A stretch of DNA of 64,000 nucleotides from Thermoplasmata archaeon (GCA_041499475.1 JBGQKI010000007.1:30812-94811), one strand, 5' to 3'. Shown: positions 23,145 to 36,564, counted from the first letter of the stretch. Notes: generated by a model not told the origin, from the letters alone. A program made the numbers and translations.

Positions 23145-26100
23145 CGCCGCCGGCGCGACGAGGCGCCGATGGCGGCGGCCGCCCCGAGCGCCACCAAGCC
23201 GGCGACCGCCTCAAAGCCGGGCTGCGTGGGGGGGGGCGGCGGGGGCGTGCTCGTGCCGTAATTGGGCTTCGGCTCCACGATGACTTCCTTCGACGCCACC
23301 GTCACACCGCCACGGTTGTCCGTCACCGTCAACGTCGCATTGTACCTGCCCGCTGCCGCGTAGGCGTGGGCCGCCTCGGAGCCGGTCGCCGTCGGGCTCT
23401 GGTCCCCGAAGTTCCAGAGGTACGAAATGATGATCCCATCGGGGTCCGAAGAGCCGGCCGTCCGGAAGAACGCCGAGAGCGTGGCGTACACCGGCGTGCC
23501 GAAGTCGATGACGCCGAAGGGGGCCCGGTTGGCAACCGTGACATCGACCGTCCCAAGGTTCGACGCGCCGAGGTTGTCAAAGACCGTGAGGCGCACCGTG
23601 TAGGCCGCCGCAGCTTCGGGCGCACTCAGGTAGGTGTGGTCCACCGACTTCAGGCTCGAGGTCGACCCGTCGCCGAATTCCCACAGGTACGATTGGACCG
23701 TCCCGTCGGGGTCCATGCTTGCGCCAGCATCGAACTTGATCGACACGAGCGTCTGCGTGTCCGTGAGGTTCGCGGTTGGGCTCGAGTGCGGGGCCTGGTT
23801 CGTGATGACCACCGGCAGCGTTGCGCTCGACGCCCCGCCGTCGCCGTCCGAGACCGTGAGGATGACCGTGAAGGTGCCCGCGCGCCCGAACGCGTGGTCG
23901 ACGGCAAGCCCCGAGGCCACAGCCCCGTCGCCGAAAATCCAGAAGTACTGGAGGTTTGCAAGCGGCGTCTCGGGGTCCGAGGAGCCGGTGGCTGCAAAGT
24001 GCACCGCCGAGAGCGACTCACGCGTGAAGTTCGCTGCCGGCTCGGCGATGCGCGCCGTGGGCAGGCGGTTGAGGACGCGCAGTTGGAAGGTGGCCACGCC
24101 GACCGCGCTGTTGTTGTCGGTGACGGTGAGCGTGACGGTGTAGAGGCCCTGCGTCGGGTACGCGTGCGAAGCGAAGTCCGCGGTCGCGGCCGTCTGGGTG
24201 TCGCCGAAATTCCACAACCAGCTGGCGATCGTCCCGTCGCGGTCGATCCCGTTGCCTTGGAAAGTGACCGGGTCGCCCGTGTACACGGAGAAAGGCGCGG
24301 TGATCATCGCGCTGGGCGCATTGTTCGTGACGGTGACGGTCATCGTCGAAGTGCCGGTCGCCCCGAAGTCGTCGCGCACCGTTAGCCTCACGGTGTAGAT
24401 GCCGATCGTGGCGAATGCGTGCTTCACGGAGCGGCCGGCCGCGGTCGTGGCGTCCCCGAAGTCCCATGTGTACGTCTGCACGAGGCCGTCCTGGTCGAAG
24501 GACGCCGACGCATCAAAGATCCGCTCGTCGAAGGTCGGCACGGAGAAGTTCGCCGGCGTAACGGCCTTGGGCGCGCGGTTCGTGATGGCGACCTGCGTCG
24601 TTGCCGAGCCATCGACGCCGTCGTTGTCGGTGACCGTCAGCATCGCCGTGTAGTTCCCCGCCCGCGTGTAGGTGTGCTGGACGGCGCGGCCGTAGAGGAC
24701 TGCTCCGTCGCCGAAGTCCCAACGGTAGTAGAGGAGCGTGCCGTCCGGGTCCGACGAGCTCGAGGCGTCGAAGGCGATGAGCACGAGCGTCTGGGCGGTG
24801 GTCGGCGAGGCAAGGATCGCGGCATTGGGCGCCCGGTCTTTGACGTGGATGGTGATCACCCCGAAGCTCGAGTTGCCGTCGGTGTCCGTGACATTCAGGG
24901 TCACGACGAAGTTGCCGTCGTTCGCCCACGAGTGGGAGACGACCATGCCCACACCGACGGCGGCATCGGCGAAGTCCCAGAGGTACGAGATGATCCCCGT
25001 GTCGTCCGTAGAGTTCGAGGCGTCGAGGGTCACGGGCTGGCCCGTGAAGACGGTCACCGCCGAGCTCGCGATCCGCGGCACGGGCGGGGTGGGCGTCCGC
25101 GTGCCAACCGTGTCGTTGCCGACCAGCGCCGCGATCGTGAGCTGGGCGAAGTCGCCGTCGTCGTCGATGAGCAGGAGCGTGACGTTGTAGGTGCCGTTCA
25201 CCGCAAAGGCGTGCGTGGCGTTCCAGCCGTGGACCGTCACCCCGCCCGGGAAGAACCACGTGTAGTTCGTGATGCCGCCGTCCACGTCGTACGAGTTGCG
25301 GCCGTCAAAGAAAGCCGACTGGCCGGGCTGGAACGGCATCACGGGCGAAGTCGAGATGACGGGCGTTGGCGGCTGGTTGCTGATCGTGATGGAGATCACG
25401 ACCGCGGCGGTTGCGCCGTCGTCGTCGCGCACTGTGACCGTCGCCGTGTACGCGCCGTTGTCCCCAAACGAGCGCAGGACCGTAAGCCCGTAGAGCGTCA
25501 CGCCGTCGGAAAAGGCCCAGGTCGCGTTTACGATACGGCCGTCCTGGTCGGTCGACCCGCTCGCATCGAAGACGAGGGCAGTCACGGTAAGGCCCGTGAC
25601 GTTCAGCGCGACGGCGGCGGGCGCCCGGTTGGTCACAAGGACGCTGACTTGGGCCGAGCCCGTCCCGCCGTCGTTGTCCGTCACGACCAGGGTGACGGTG
25701 TAGCTCTTGCCGGTGCCCGCGCCGCCGTCGGCGAACTGGTGCGTGACCGTGGCGCCGGTGCCGACGCTCCCGTCGTCGAAGACCCAGAGGTAGTTCTGGA
25801 TCGTCCCATCCGAGTCGGTCGAAGTGGTGCCCACAAAAGCGAAGTTGACGTAGGTCTCGTGCGTGGTCACGTTTACTGAGGCCACCGCCACCGGAGCGGC
25901 ATTCACGCTGAAGGAAATCTGACCGGCGTTGTTGCCCTCGTTGCTCTCCGCCACCGCTGCAGAGGCATCGGCCGTGGCCGTGAGCGTGTGGGCGCCAAGC
26001 GCAGTCGCCCCAACGCTCCAGCTTGCTGTGACGTTCGTGGTGGCGCCCCCGGCGAGCGAACCGACCGCCACATTGGCAAGCGTCGTCACGCCGTCGAGGG

Positions 26101-26359
26101 TGAAGCGCACGGTAAAGCCGGTGGCGTTCGCGTCCCCCGTGTTGTGCACAGTCGCCTCAAGCGAGACCGTGTTGCCTTGCGTCGGAGAGCGCACCCCCAG
26201 CGAGACGTCCGCGTTTGCAACGACGAGGTCTGGAAGGGCCGAGGCCGCCCCTGCAACGAACGTGATGGCAAGCAGCGCCCCTCCCAGGCACAGGAGCAAT
26301 GGGAGCCTGCGGCTTAGATTCGTTCGGGACTTGCGATCTGCGGCCTGCTTTGTGCTCAT
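23141..26359 (-). CDS. Secreted surface protein: signal/TM, CARDB-like domain, ~10 PKD repeats, PGF-CTERM anchor
   Basis: The N-terminus is LPLLLCLGGALLAITFVAGAASA. Repeated PKD cores occur (F.FDASASSD.DG....Y.WDFGDG......H.Y...G.YTV.LTVTD..G). The C-terminus is PTQPGFEAVAGLVALGAAAAIGASSRRRR. Confidence 0.85.
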   Translation of the reverse strand: MSTKQAADRKSRTNLSRRLPLLLCLGGALLAITFVAGAASALPDLVVANADVSLGVRSPTQGNTVSLEATVHNTGDANATGFTVRFTLDGVTTLANVAVGSLAGGATTNVTASWSVGATALGAHTLTATADASAAVAESNEGNNAGQISFSVNAAPVAVASVNVTTHETYVNFAFVGTTSTDSDGTIQNYLWVFDDGSVGTGATVTHQFADGGAGTGKSYTVTLVVTDNDGGTGSAQVSVLVTNRAPAAVALNVTGLTVTALVFDASGSTDQDGRIVNATWAFSDGVTLYGLTVLRSFGDNGAYTATVTVRDDDGATAAVVISITISNQPPTPVISTSPVMPFQPGQSAFFDGRNSYDVDGGITNYTWFFPGGVTVHGWNATHAFAVNGTYNVTLLLIDDDGDFAQLTIAALVGNDTVGTRTPTPPVPRIASSAVTVFTGQPVTLDASNSTDDTGIISYLWDFADAAVGVGMVVSHSWANDGNFVVTLNVTDTDGNSSFGVITIHVKDRAPNAAILASPTTAQTLVLIAFDASSSSDPDGTLLYYRWDFGDGAVLYGRAVQHTYTRAGNYTAMLTVTDNDGVDGSATTQVAITNRAPKAVTPANFSVPTFDERIFDASASFDQDGLVQTYTWDFGDATTAAGRSVKHAFATIGIYTVRLTVRDDFGATGTSTMTVTVTNNAPSAMITAPFSVYTGDPVTFQGNGIDRDGTIASWLWNFGDTQTAATADFASHAYPTQGLYTVTLTVTDNNSAVGVATFQLRVLNRLPTARIAEPAANFTRESLSAVHFAATGSSDPETPLANLQYFWIFGDGAVASGLAVDHAFGRAGTFTVILTVSDGDGGASSATLPVVITNQAPHSSPTANLTDTQTLVSIKFDAGASMDPDGTVQSYLWEFGDGSTSSLKSVDHTYLSAPEAAAAYTVRLTVFDNLGASNLGTVDVTVANRAPFGVIDFGTPVYATLSAFFRTAGSSDPDGIIISYLWNFGDQSPTATGSEAAHAYAAAGRYNATLTVTDNRGGVTVASKEVIVEPKPNYGTSTPPPPPPTQPGFEAVAGLVALGAAAAIGASSRRRR

Positions 26360-26657
26360 CGGTCCACCCCCGCTTCTGGCAAGAATCGATGGAATCGATT
26401 CCAGTGCTGAGTTTAGGGCGCGATTACCCGGCGCACCATATAAAATGATTTTGCGGCCCGTGAAGCATTGGAAAACAGCGATGAAAGTGCCCCGGGAACG
26501 CTTATATAGCGTCCTTCTTGTTCAAGCGCACTGCGGTAGACGAAAGCCAGATCGCTCTGCTAACGTCAGCCGCAAGAAAGCAACGGTGGGGGGCGCAAGC
26601 GTCCCGTCTGGACAGCGCGCGCGCCCGCACCGCTAAACGACCCCGGGGGTTCGAACC

Positions 26658-29600
26658 ATGCAGCCGAAAACGGCCCGCAACGCACGGCACCTTGTGAACG
26701 CATTTGCCCTGCTCGCTGCGGTGCTGGCCGCTCTTGCCCTTGCGGGCGGAGCTTACGCCGTGGCCGGCACCGACGCCGCGATCGCCACGCCCGACATTGC
26801 GTTCTCCTCGCCGAACCCGGTCGACGGGAGCCAGGTCTCGGTGCTCGTGACGGTGCACAACCTTGGGGACCAGAACGCCACGGACATCGTGGTCAAGGCC
26901 TACGTGACTTCAACCGGCGAACTGATCGGCTCCTCGACGATCGTCTTCCTCAGCGCCCAGTCGCAAGTCGAGACGGCCATCCAATGGAACATCTCCGGCG
27001 AGGGCCCCACGACGGTCACCGTGACCGTCCAACCCTCGGAGCCCGACGTCAACCCGGGCAACAACAACGCGATCTCTCAGGAGATCTCCGTGCGCGCCAG
27101 GCCCGACCTGCGCGTCGACTCCGTAACCTTCGACAACGACGCGCCGCCCGTGGGCACCGTCGCTGTGGGCATCACGGTTACCATTTCGAATGTCGGCGGC
27201 TCGGACGCGTCGCTCGTCAAGGTCGCGCTCTACGACGGCCCGCCCACAGACATGAAGCAGATCTACAACACAACGCTGCTCTCGGGCGTCTCGCTCTCCA
27301 GCCCGACGATGTTCACGTATTTCTGGAGCCTCACGAACCAAGGCGGGCGCCACGACATCTACGCGGTCGTGGAGAATTCAGTCCCTTCCGAAAAGGCGTC
27401 CGCGGGCGGCAACAATCAGGCGAGCGGCCGGCTCCTCGTGCTGACCTCGCGCGACTTCGAGGTCACCACGGAACTTCCCCCCATCACGTTCGACCCCCTG
27501 TTTGACGGCTTCGTGATTATCCGCAGCGGCGGCCACCTGACGCTTAGCAACTCGACCTTTACGCTCCTGCAGGAGCGCGACAACCAATTCGACTTCATCG
27601 TCGAAAATGGTGGCAAGCTCTCCCTTTGGAACGCCCGAATCGCCTCCTCGTTTTCGTTTGGGATCACGCTCCACGCGCTCGCGACGGTCGAGATGCGGGC
27701 CGGGTCGGTGCTCGGGGGCTCCGTGGCCTCCACCGGCGGCGCGCTCTGGCTCTTCAACACCACCGTAAACGGGGGCCTCAGCGGCATGTTCAGCCCGCTT
27801 TGGGTCGAGGACTCGTCGGTGAACGGCGCGATCACGGTGCACGGGTCGACGGTCACACTGAAGCGCAGCGCCGTAGCCTCCCCGACCAACATGGCACTTA
27901 GCGGCTCAACCCTCAGTGTCGAGTGGCTTACCCTGCTCTCGGGGAGCGACCCCGCGATCTTGCTGACGGCCGGTTCGACCGCGAACCTTGCAGGCATCGA
28001 CAGCGGCGCCATCTTTGTCGAGACCGGCTCGTCGGCCTCCATCTGGCGCCTCGCCGAGTTTGAGGTCAGCGACCTCACGGGCATCCCGATCCCCCGAGCC
28101 ACGGTCGACTCGCGCTTCGCGCTCCAGCCCGCGGTCGTCTCGACGGTAGCCACGGACGAGATGGGCAGGGCGCAGGCGTGGTTGCTCACCGACGTCCTCG
28201 ACGGCGGCTCGCCCCAGTACGTGGGTTCCTACCTCCACACCGCCACGTTCCTTGCCTCGCACACCTCCGCGGTCGTAAACATGCAGTTCTACCCGACGCT
28301 CACGGCACAGTCCGACCGTGAAACCGTCGCGCTCGTGTTCGATGTCATCGACCCGGCCGACCTCTTTGCGGCGACGGCAGGCGACCAGACCGTCACGACG
28401 CTCTGGGACATCAACGACTACAACCAGACAGGCAACCTGGCCGTGCGGGGCATCCTGAATGTCAACGGAATGCTCACGGTTTGGCAGACCCGGGACTACC
28501 AAACCGCCGTCACCATCCACAGCGGCAAGATCGCCATTGGCCCCGGCGGCGGCATCCGGTCGAACCACGCGCTCAACATCTACCTCTTCAACAGCTCCGA
28601 GCTCACCGCCGAGGGCGGCACGCTGGACGTCAACGCGGTCGTCACCTTCGGGTCCTCGCGCGTTTCGATCGCCAATGGGACCAATGTCCCGCGGGGCTCG
28701 TTCATCCTGATGGGCTCCTCGTTCTCGATGGGCACCGGCGTAATGGTGTCGGGCACCCAGCTCTACGCGCGGCAGGGGACATCCGTCTTGTTCGAGGGCG
28801 TCATCGGCTCCTTTGCGGTCGTCGACCTCCAGACTACCGGCGACATCTCCCTTCGCGACTCGACCCTCACGACCTACACGGGCTTTACCCTGATGGCCAC
28901 CGGCAAGACGCTCACCTCGGCGACCTCGAACCTGCTTTGCGGGTCGCCAGGCAGCGCGGCCTTCTCGGCCCATTTCATCAATTTCACCTCAACCGTGGTC
29001 TCGGGTTGCGCCATCACCATGTTCTCGGCCGACACGGTCCAGGCCCGCGACACGACCTTTACTTCGACACTCCAGGGCTTCAAGCCCGGTTCCACGGCCG
29101 CTTTCTATGACGTGTCGTACCCCGCGCTCATCGTCGACCCGTCGGCGATCGTGACGACCTTCCACAAGCTCTCGATCACCGCGATCGACATCAACCAGAA
29201 CGCGGTCGTCGACGGCACGTGGTCCGTCCAGGCCGTGCCGAGCGGCGCCAGCGCGGGCGGCGGGAGCCTCGTGGCGCTCGTCGAAAAGGACCTTGCAGCC
29301 TCCAACATCGCCCAGGGCTACGAAGTCTTCAGCGGCAATTACCGCGTCACGGTCACGGCGGCCGAGGGCGGCTTTGCGCCCATCGTGCGCGACGTGGTCA
29401 TGGACGGCCCGCGCGCCGAGGTTTTCTTCTTCCCCGAGGAGATCGTGCGCCCAAGCTCGCTTCAGATCGGGGCAAGCGTCGCGCCCACCGCGGTCATCAA
29501 CGGCAGCCAGATCTCCGTAACGGGGTCCGTCGTGCTGATGTACCCGAACCGCGCGGCGCCTTTCACGCCCCACGCGGGCCTCGAAGTGACGATCACCGAC

Positions 29601-30698
29601 GGCGCGGCCGGCGCCCTGTTTACCCAGGTGGTCACGACCGACGATGCGGGGATGTTCAATTTCACCGGGCCGTACACGGCCACCGACAGCACGCCCGGGG
29701 CCCGCCAGCTGCGGCTCACGGCGACCTACAATGGAGCGAGCGGGCAGTACTTGGTCACCCTCACGCTCCTGCCCCCGCCGCCCGCCTTCCTCCAGTTGCT
29801 CGTCGACTCGGAAGCGCTCCACTTCGACCTCGCGGTCGGGCAGTCGTTCAAGATCCACGGGAGCGTCCAGTACCTCGACGCGGGCGGCAGCCCCGTGGGC
29901 CCTGCCAACAACTCGCTCGTCCAGGTTTCGTTCTTCAACCCGCCCCAGCCCGACCCGCCGCCGTCGGTGCGCGCCGACGCCAACGGCCGCTTTGAGATCA
30001 CCGTGTTCGGGCGCCAGACGGCAAAGAGCTACACGCTCAATGTGGTTGCGCGCGACGACGCGACTGGCCTGGCTTCGAGCCAGCAACTCGTTACGGCGCT
30101 CGTGGGCCAGGGGCCCGCCGTATCCAACCAGGGCGGCGGCCTAACGCTCTACATCCTGCTGGCCGCCGTGGGCGCCGTTGGGGTGGTCGTGGCTGTCATG
30201 TTCATCAACGCCAAGCGGAAGTCGGTGAACTACGTCGAGTGCGGCAACTGCGGGCGGCCCGCGCACGAGGGTGACAAGAAGTGCCCGAGCTGCGGCGTCG
30301 AGTTCGAGGAGGACATCGCGAAGTGCTCGCACTGCGCGTCCTGGATCCCGGCAAACGCCATCCGCTGCCCCAAGTGCAACACCGAGTTCAAGCCGGTCGG
30401 CGACGCCGTTGAGGCGCCGGTCGTTGCTCCCGACAGGGCGGCCCCCGAGGGCGTGAAGGCCGAGGTCACCACGCCGACCCCGGTGAAGGCCCCCGTGGCG
30501 GTCAAGAAGAAGGTCCTCAAGACCGCGGAGGCTGCGCCCGGTAAACCCCCGCAGGCCGACGGCCCGAAGTTCGAGAACCCCTGGGACCAGCCGGGGGATA
30601 AGCCGACACAGCCCATCCAGCCTGGAGAGGACCAGCCGAAGCCCGCAGAGAAGAAGCCCGACGAGAAGAAAGAGAAGGGCCTCTTCGACGACTTGTAG
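26658..30698 (+). CDS. Giant type-I membrane protein: signal, CARDB-like domains, beta-helix-like region, Ig-like modules, one TM, and a cytoplasmic double zinc ribbon with a Pro/Lys/Ala-rich tail
   Basis: CARDB-like GSQVSVLVTVHNLGDQNATDIVV occurs repeatedly. A long Ser/Thr/Gly/Asn beta-rich middle follows. The TM is LTLYILLAAVGAVGVVVAVMFI. This is followed by CGNCGRPAHEGDKKCPSCG...CSHCASWIPANAIRCPKCN. Confidence 0.8.
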   Translation: MQPKTARNARHLVNAFALLAAVLAALALAGGAYAVAGTDAAIATPDIAFSSPNPVDGSQVSVLVTVHNLGDQNATDIVVKAYVTSTGELIGSSTIVFLSAQSQVETAIQWNISGEGPTTVTVTVQPSEPDVNPGNNNAISQEISVRARPDLRVDSVTFDNDAPPVGTVAVGITVTISNVGGSDASLVKVALYDGPPTDMKQIYNTTLLSGVSLSSPTMFTYFWSLTNQGGRHDIYAVVENSVPSEKASAGGNNQASGRLLVLTSRDFEVTTELPPITFDPLFDGFVIIRSGGHLTLSNSTFTLLQERDNQFDFIVENGGKLSLWNARIASSFSFGITLHALATVEMRAGSVLGGSVASTGGALWLFNTTVNGGLSGMFSPLWVEDSSVNGAITVHGSTVTLKRSAVASPTNMALSGSTLSVEWLTLLSGSDPAILLTAGSTANLAGIDSGAIFVETGSSASIWRLAEFEVSDLTGIPIPRATVDSRFALQPAVVSTVATDEMGRAQAWLLTDVLDGGSPQYVGSYLHTATFLASHTSAVVNMQFYPTLTAQSDRETVALVFDVIDPADLFAATAGDQTVTTLWDINDYNQTGNLAVRGILNVNGMLTVWQTRDYQTAVTIHSGKIAIGPGGGIRSNHALNIYLFNSSELTAEGGTLDVNAVVTFGSSRVSIANGTNVPRGSFILMGSSFSMGTGVMVSGTQLYARQGTSVLFEGVIGSFAVVDLQTTGDISLRDSTLTTYTGFTLMATGKTLTSATSNLLCGSPGSAAFSAHFINFTSTVVSGCAITMFSADTVQARDTTFTSTLQGFKPGSTAAFYDVSYPALIVDPSAIVTTFHKLSITAIDINQNAVVDGTWSVQAVPSGASAGGGSLVALVEKDLAASNIAQGYEVFSGNYRVTVTAAEGGFAPIVRDVVMDGPRAEVFFFPEEIVRPSSLQIGASVAPTAVINGSQISVTGSVVLMYPNRAAPFTPHAGLEVTITDGAAGALFTQVVTTDDAGMFNFTGPYTATDSTPGARQLRLTATYNGASGQYLVTLTLLPPPPAFLQLLVDSEALHFDLAVGQSFKIHGSVQYLDAGGSPVGPANNSLVQVSFFNPPQPDPPPSVRADANGRFEITVFGRQTAKSYTLNVVARDDATGLASSQQLVTALVGQGPAVSNQGGGLTLYILLAAVGAVGVVVAVMFINAKRKSVNYVECGNCGRPAHEGDKKCPSCGVEFEEDIAKCSHCASWIPANAIRCPKCNTEFKPVGDAVEAPVVAPDRAAPEGVKAEVTTPTPVKAPVAVKKKVLKTAEAAPGKPPQADGPKFENPWDQPGDKPTQPIQPGEDQPKPAEKKPDEKKEKGLFDDL

Positions 30699-30702
30699 GC
30701 GG

Positions 30703-30717
30703 TTCTTTTCTTTTCCT
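30703..30717 (+). terminator. Oligo-T terminator candidate (TTCTTTTCTTTTCCT)
   Basis: A pyrimidine/T run 5 nt after the TAG stop at 30696-30698, followed by the hairpin CTCCGCC-CTCGG-GGCGGAG. Confidence 0.4.
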
Positions 30718-30910
30718 CCGCCCTCGGGGCGGAGCAACCCCTGATGGATAGCGGGCGCCCTCGCAGCAAGCGGCCCGGCGGCCACCTCCTGGCGGCTGGA
30801 CGGCCTTCCCGCGCACGGCCCTCGGCAGTCGGGTCAGAGGCCGTGTCGGCCTTGGCTTTGGGCCTCACGAACTGTTTCGGCCACGCAAGTGCATTCCATG
30901 GATAGGTGCA

Positions 30911-31342
30911 CTAGGCCACGCTGACGCTCTGGATGTCCGTGTGGCGGCTGGCCAGCATCTGCGCGACCTTCAGGTTGCGCCCGCCCTTGCCGATCGCGCG
31001 CCCCTTCTCCTCCGGGTCGACCGTGACCGTCGCATGCTTGCGCCCGCCCTTCTCGGAGAGCACCACGTTTGAGACCTGGTACTGGTGGAAGATGTTCCGG
31101 AGGAACCTCTCCGGCTGCTCGTGGTATTCGACGATGTCCACCGGCCGCTCGAAGAGGTCCTTGAGTTTGTGCAGCGAGCTTGCCTGGGGCCCGAGCGCGC
31201 GCTTCAGCTGGCCGGGCTCCACCACGAAGACGATCCGGTCTTCAAGCTTCACAAAGTCCTTGGGCCGCGCGTGCGTCACTCGCTCGAAAAGCACGAAGGC
31301 GCGGATGTCGTCCTCGGTGATCTTGCGCTCATCGGCCGGCAT
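30911..31342 (-). CDS. nusA: Archaeal NusA-like protein (two KH domains)
   Basis: 143 aa with ...GRAIGKGGRNLKVAQML.... It sits in the conserved position after L30e in the RNAP operon. Confidence 0.9.
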   Translation of the reverse strand: MPADERKITEDDIRAFVLFERVTHARPKDFVKLEDRIVFVVEPGQLKRALGPQASSLHKLKDLFERPVDIVEYHEQPERFLRNIFHQYQVSNVVLSEKGGRKHATVTVDPEEKGRAIGKGGRNLKVAQMLASRHTDIQSVSVA

Positions 31343-31373
31343 CGCGCCACCCCTGCCGCCCCCGCGGCGCCCT

Positions 31374-31658
31374 TCAAGCCACCGACAGGATGTCCGATTC
31401 GCCGGGCTTCACGACGGCGAGCGCGGACACCGCAAATGGCTTGCCGCAGACGGCGCCCAAGTCGAAGTTCGTGCCCTCGTACTCATGCACCTTCGCGCCG
31501 GCGGCCTTCAGCGCGTCGCGGTGCTCCGCGGGGCAGTTCTTGGCAACGACCACGAGCTTCGCGTGCTTGGCCTTCACGGCTTTCTTCGCCTGCGTGTAGC
31601 CGAACTTGACCTCGCCCGTGGTGGTGGCCACGCGCAAGGAGCGTGCGATGTCGGCCAT
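31374..31658 (-). CDS. rpl30e: Ribosomal protein eL30 (L30e)
   Basis: TGEVKFGYTQAKKAVKAKHAKLVVVAKNCP....EYEGTNFDLGAVCGKPFAVSALAV. Confidence 0.9.
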   Translation of the reverse strand: MADIARSLRVATTTGEVKFGYTQAKKAVKAKHAKLVVVAKNCPAEHRDALKAAGAKVHEYEGTNFDLGAVCGKPFAVSALAVVKPGESDILSVA

Positions 31659-33790
<2,132 letters not shown>

Positions 33791-33792
33791 CT

Positions 33793-36564
33793 TTAGTCGC
33801 CCCCCTCTTCGTAAGAGTAGTCCTCTTCCTCAAGCTCGATGCGCAGCTCCTCGTAGTCCGAGAAGCCGAGCCCCTCGAACATCTCCTGGTCCGCCTCGAT
33901 CTCGACATCGGGCCCCACGATCTCGCGGATGATGTCGTCGACATCAATCGCCTTGCCCTGCACCGAGCGCATGGGGTCGACGCCGTCCTCGCCGAACTTG
34001 AACTGGACGATCGTGCCCGAGGTGTTGCGCACCGTGCCGTCGTACATGATCTTCACGTCCTCGAGCGCGTTGATCAGCCGCCGCTGCATGTAGCCCGACC
34101 GGCTCGTGCGCACCGCCGTGTCGACAAGCCCCTCGCGCCCACCCATCGAGTGGAAGAAGTACTCGGTGGGCGACAGGCCCGACTTGTACGAGGCCTTCAC
34201 GAAGCCCTTGGCCTCGGCGCCGAGGTCCGCCCGCTGGAAGTGCGGCAGGGTGCGCCCGCGGTAGCCGCGCTTGATGCGCTCGCCGCGCACGGCTTGCTGG
34301 CCGATGCACCCGGCCATTTGCGAGAGGTTCAGCATGGAGCCGCGCGCGCCGGAGCGCGCCATCATGACCACCGGGTTGTCGAGCCCGAGGTGGCGCGACG
34401 CGATCTGGCCGGCCTCGTCACGGGCCCGGCCGAGTTCCCGCATCGCCTCTACTTCGAGCGTCTCTTCAAGCGAGCGGCCCGGCAGCTGTTCGAGGGTGCC
34501 TTCGTGGTAGGCCTGCACGCGCTTGTCGACCTCGCGCTTGGCGTGGTCGAGGCGCTCCGTGATCTGCCGGCGCGCCTCGTCGGGGATGTCTTCGTCGTCG
34601 ATGCCCGTCGAGAAGCCGACTTCCATGATCGTGCCGATCGACAGCTTCGTGAACTGGTCGAGGAACAGCTTGCCGCGCTCCGGGCCGAACTTGCGCACGA
34701 TCTTGTCGATGAGCTTGCCCTTGAAGGCGCCCACCGACTTCTCGTCGATCGTGCCGCACTCGAGGACCCCGTCGCGGATCTGCACCCACGAGTCCACGTT
34801 GATCTCGGCGTCGCAGCGGGTCTTGACGCAGATGTCGCAGTTGATGCAAGTCGACGACTTGTACTCGATGGCGAGCCCCTTGGGCAGGATCATCGAGAAG
34901 AGCTGCTTGCCCGTCCAGTACTTGACCCCGTCCTTGACAATGGCCGGTGCAGGCAGGTCGTCGCGCCAGTTCATGTACGAGAGCAGGCGCGAGGTCGCGT
35001 CCTCCGTGAACTTCCGCTGCTTGAAGGTCAGCAGGAACATCCCCGTGATGTGGTCGTGGATGCCTCCGATAATGGGGCCGCCGAACCGCGGCGAGAGGAT
35101 GTGCTCCTGGACTTTCATCAGGATGAGCGCCTCGACGCGGGCCTCTTCCGACTGCAGCCCGTGGAGGTTCATCTCGTCCCCGTCGAAGTCGGCGTTGTAG
35201 GGCGGGCACACGCAGAGGTTGAACCGGAACGTCTTGCCCTCCATGATGCGCACTTCGTGGGCCATGATCGACATCCGGTGCAGCGACGGCTGCCGGTTGC
35301 ACAGCACAATGTCGCCCTTCTGGAGGTGGCGCTCGACGACGTAGCCGATCTCGAGGGTCGTGGCCACCGTCTCGGCGTTCTTGTCCGTGAGCTTGATGCG
35401 CCGCCCGTCCGGGCGGATCACGTAGTTCACGCCCGGGTACTGCGCGGGGCCGCGCTTGACGAGCTCCTTGACCCGGTCGATGTTGTGCTGGGTGATTCGG
35501 ATCGGGATGGTGAGTTCCATCGCGACTTCGAGCGGGATGCCCACCTCGTTGATCGAAATGAACGGGTCGGGCGACACCACGGTGCGCGACGAGAAGTTCA
35601 CGCGCTTGCCCGACAGGTTCGAGCGGAAGCGGCCTTCCTTGCCCTTCAGCCGCTGGGCGAGCGTCTTCAGCGGCCTGCCGGAGCGGTGGCGCGCCGGCGG
35701 GATCCCCGAGGTCTGGTTGTCGAAGTAGGTCGTGATGTGGTACTGCAGGAGCTCCCAGAGGTCCTCGACGATGAGCTGCGGGGCGCCGGCGTCGCGGTTC
35801 TCGCGGCAGCGCTGGTTGATGCGCAGCACGTCGACGAGCTTGTGGGTGAGGTCGTCCTCCGAGCGGTCGCCCGACTCCAAGGTGATCGACGGGCGCACGG
35901 TGACCGGCGGGACCGGCAGTGCGGTGAGGATCGTCCACTCCGGGCGCATGGCCTCGGGGTCGAGCCCGAGCGGGCGCAGGTCTTCGTCGGGGATGCGCTC
36001 CTGGCGCTCGCGCACCTCCTTCGGGGTCAGCTTGTGGCCGTCCTCGCGGAAGGTCGTCGGCTTGTCGAGGGTGATCTTGCGCTGCTCCTCGCCGCAGTGG
36101 GGGCAGACCTTGATCTTGGCCGCTTCCTTCGAAGTTTCCTTCGAGATCGCGTCCATCTCGCCCATCGAGCCGACGAGCTCGTCGACCTCCTCGAGGTCGT
36201 CGAGGGCCCCTTTGATCGCCTCGGGGGTGAGCAGCAGGCGCCCGCACGCGCGGCAGGTCGACTTCAGGAGCATCTTGATGAGCTTCGTGTAGCCCACGTG
36301 GATGACGGGCATGGCAAGGTCGATGTGGCCGAAGTGGCCGGGGCACTCGTCGACCTTTCGCCCGCAGGTCTTGCAGCGCAGGCCCGGCTCGATGACCCCC
36401 ATGCGGGGGTCCATGAGCCCCATCTCGATCGGGAAGCCATCGTCGTCGTAGGTGTCGGCGGTGATGACCTTGGTCGCCGACATCTTCCGGATCTCGACGG
36501 GCGAGAGCAGCCCGAACTTGATCTGCGCGATGCGCTTGCGCACACCGGTGTCGCGGGCGATCAT
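33793..36564 (-). CDS. rpoA1: RNA polymerase subunit A' (Rpo1N)
   Basis: The start was set at ATG 36564 ([22 protein letters not shown]), overlapping the rpoB stop as ATGA. The zinc motif is [18 protein letters not shown]. The catalytic [10 protein letters not shown] motif is present. Confidence 0.95.
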   Translation of the reverse strand: MIARDTGVRKRIAQIKFGLLSPVEIRKMSATKVITADTYDDDGFPIEMGLMDPRMGVIEPGLRCKTCGRKVDECPGHFGHIDLAMPVIHVGYTKLIKMLLKSTCRACGRLLLTPEAIKGALDDLEEVDELVGSMGEMDAISKETSKEAAKIKVCPHCGEEQRKITLDKPTTFREDGHKLTPKEVRERQERIPDEDLRPLGLDPEAMRPEWTILTALPVPPVTVRPSITLESGDRSEDDLTHKLVDVLRINQRCRENRDAGAPQLIVEDLWELLQYHITTYFDNQTSGIPPARHRSGRPLKTLAQRLKGKEGRFRSNLSGKRVNFSSRTVVSPDPFISINEVGIPLEVAMELTIPIRITQHNIDRVKELVKRGPAQYPGVNYVIRPDGRRIKLTDKNAETVATTLEIGYVVERHLQKGDIVLCNRQPSLHRMSIMAHEVRIMEGKTFRFNLCVCPPYNADFDGDEMNLHGLQSEEARVEALILMKVQEHILSPRFGGPIIGGIHDHITGMFLLTFKQRKFTEDATSRLLSYMNWRDDLPAPAIVKDGVKYWTGKQLFSMILPKGLAIEYKSSTCINCDICVKTRCDAEINVDSWVQIRDGVLECGTIDEKSVGAFKGKLIDKIVRKFGPERGKLFLDQFTKLSIGTIMEVGFSTGIDDEDIPDEARRQITERLDHAKREVDKRVQAYHEGTLEQLPGRSLEETLEVEAMRELGRARDEAGQIASRHLGLDNPVVMMARSGARGSMLNLSQMAGCIGQQAVRGERIKRGYRGRTLPHFQRADLGAEAKGFVKASYKSGLSPTEYFFHSMGGREGLVDTAVRTSRSGYMQRRLINALEDVKIMYDGTVRNTSGTIVQFKFGEDGVDPMRSVQGKAIDVDDIIREIVGPDVEIEADQEMFEGLGFSDYEELRIELEEEDYSYEEGGD

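Noticed and set aside
26641-26657. GGGGGTTCGAACC just upstream of the 26658 gene (possible tRNA fragment or att site)
   Set aside because: No flanking tRNA structure exists, there is no integrase or direct repeat nearby, and no 3' stem complement follows the loop.
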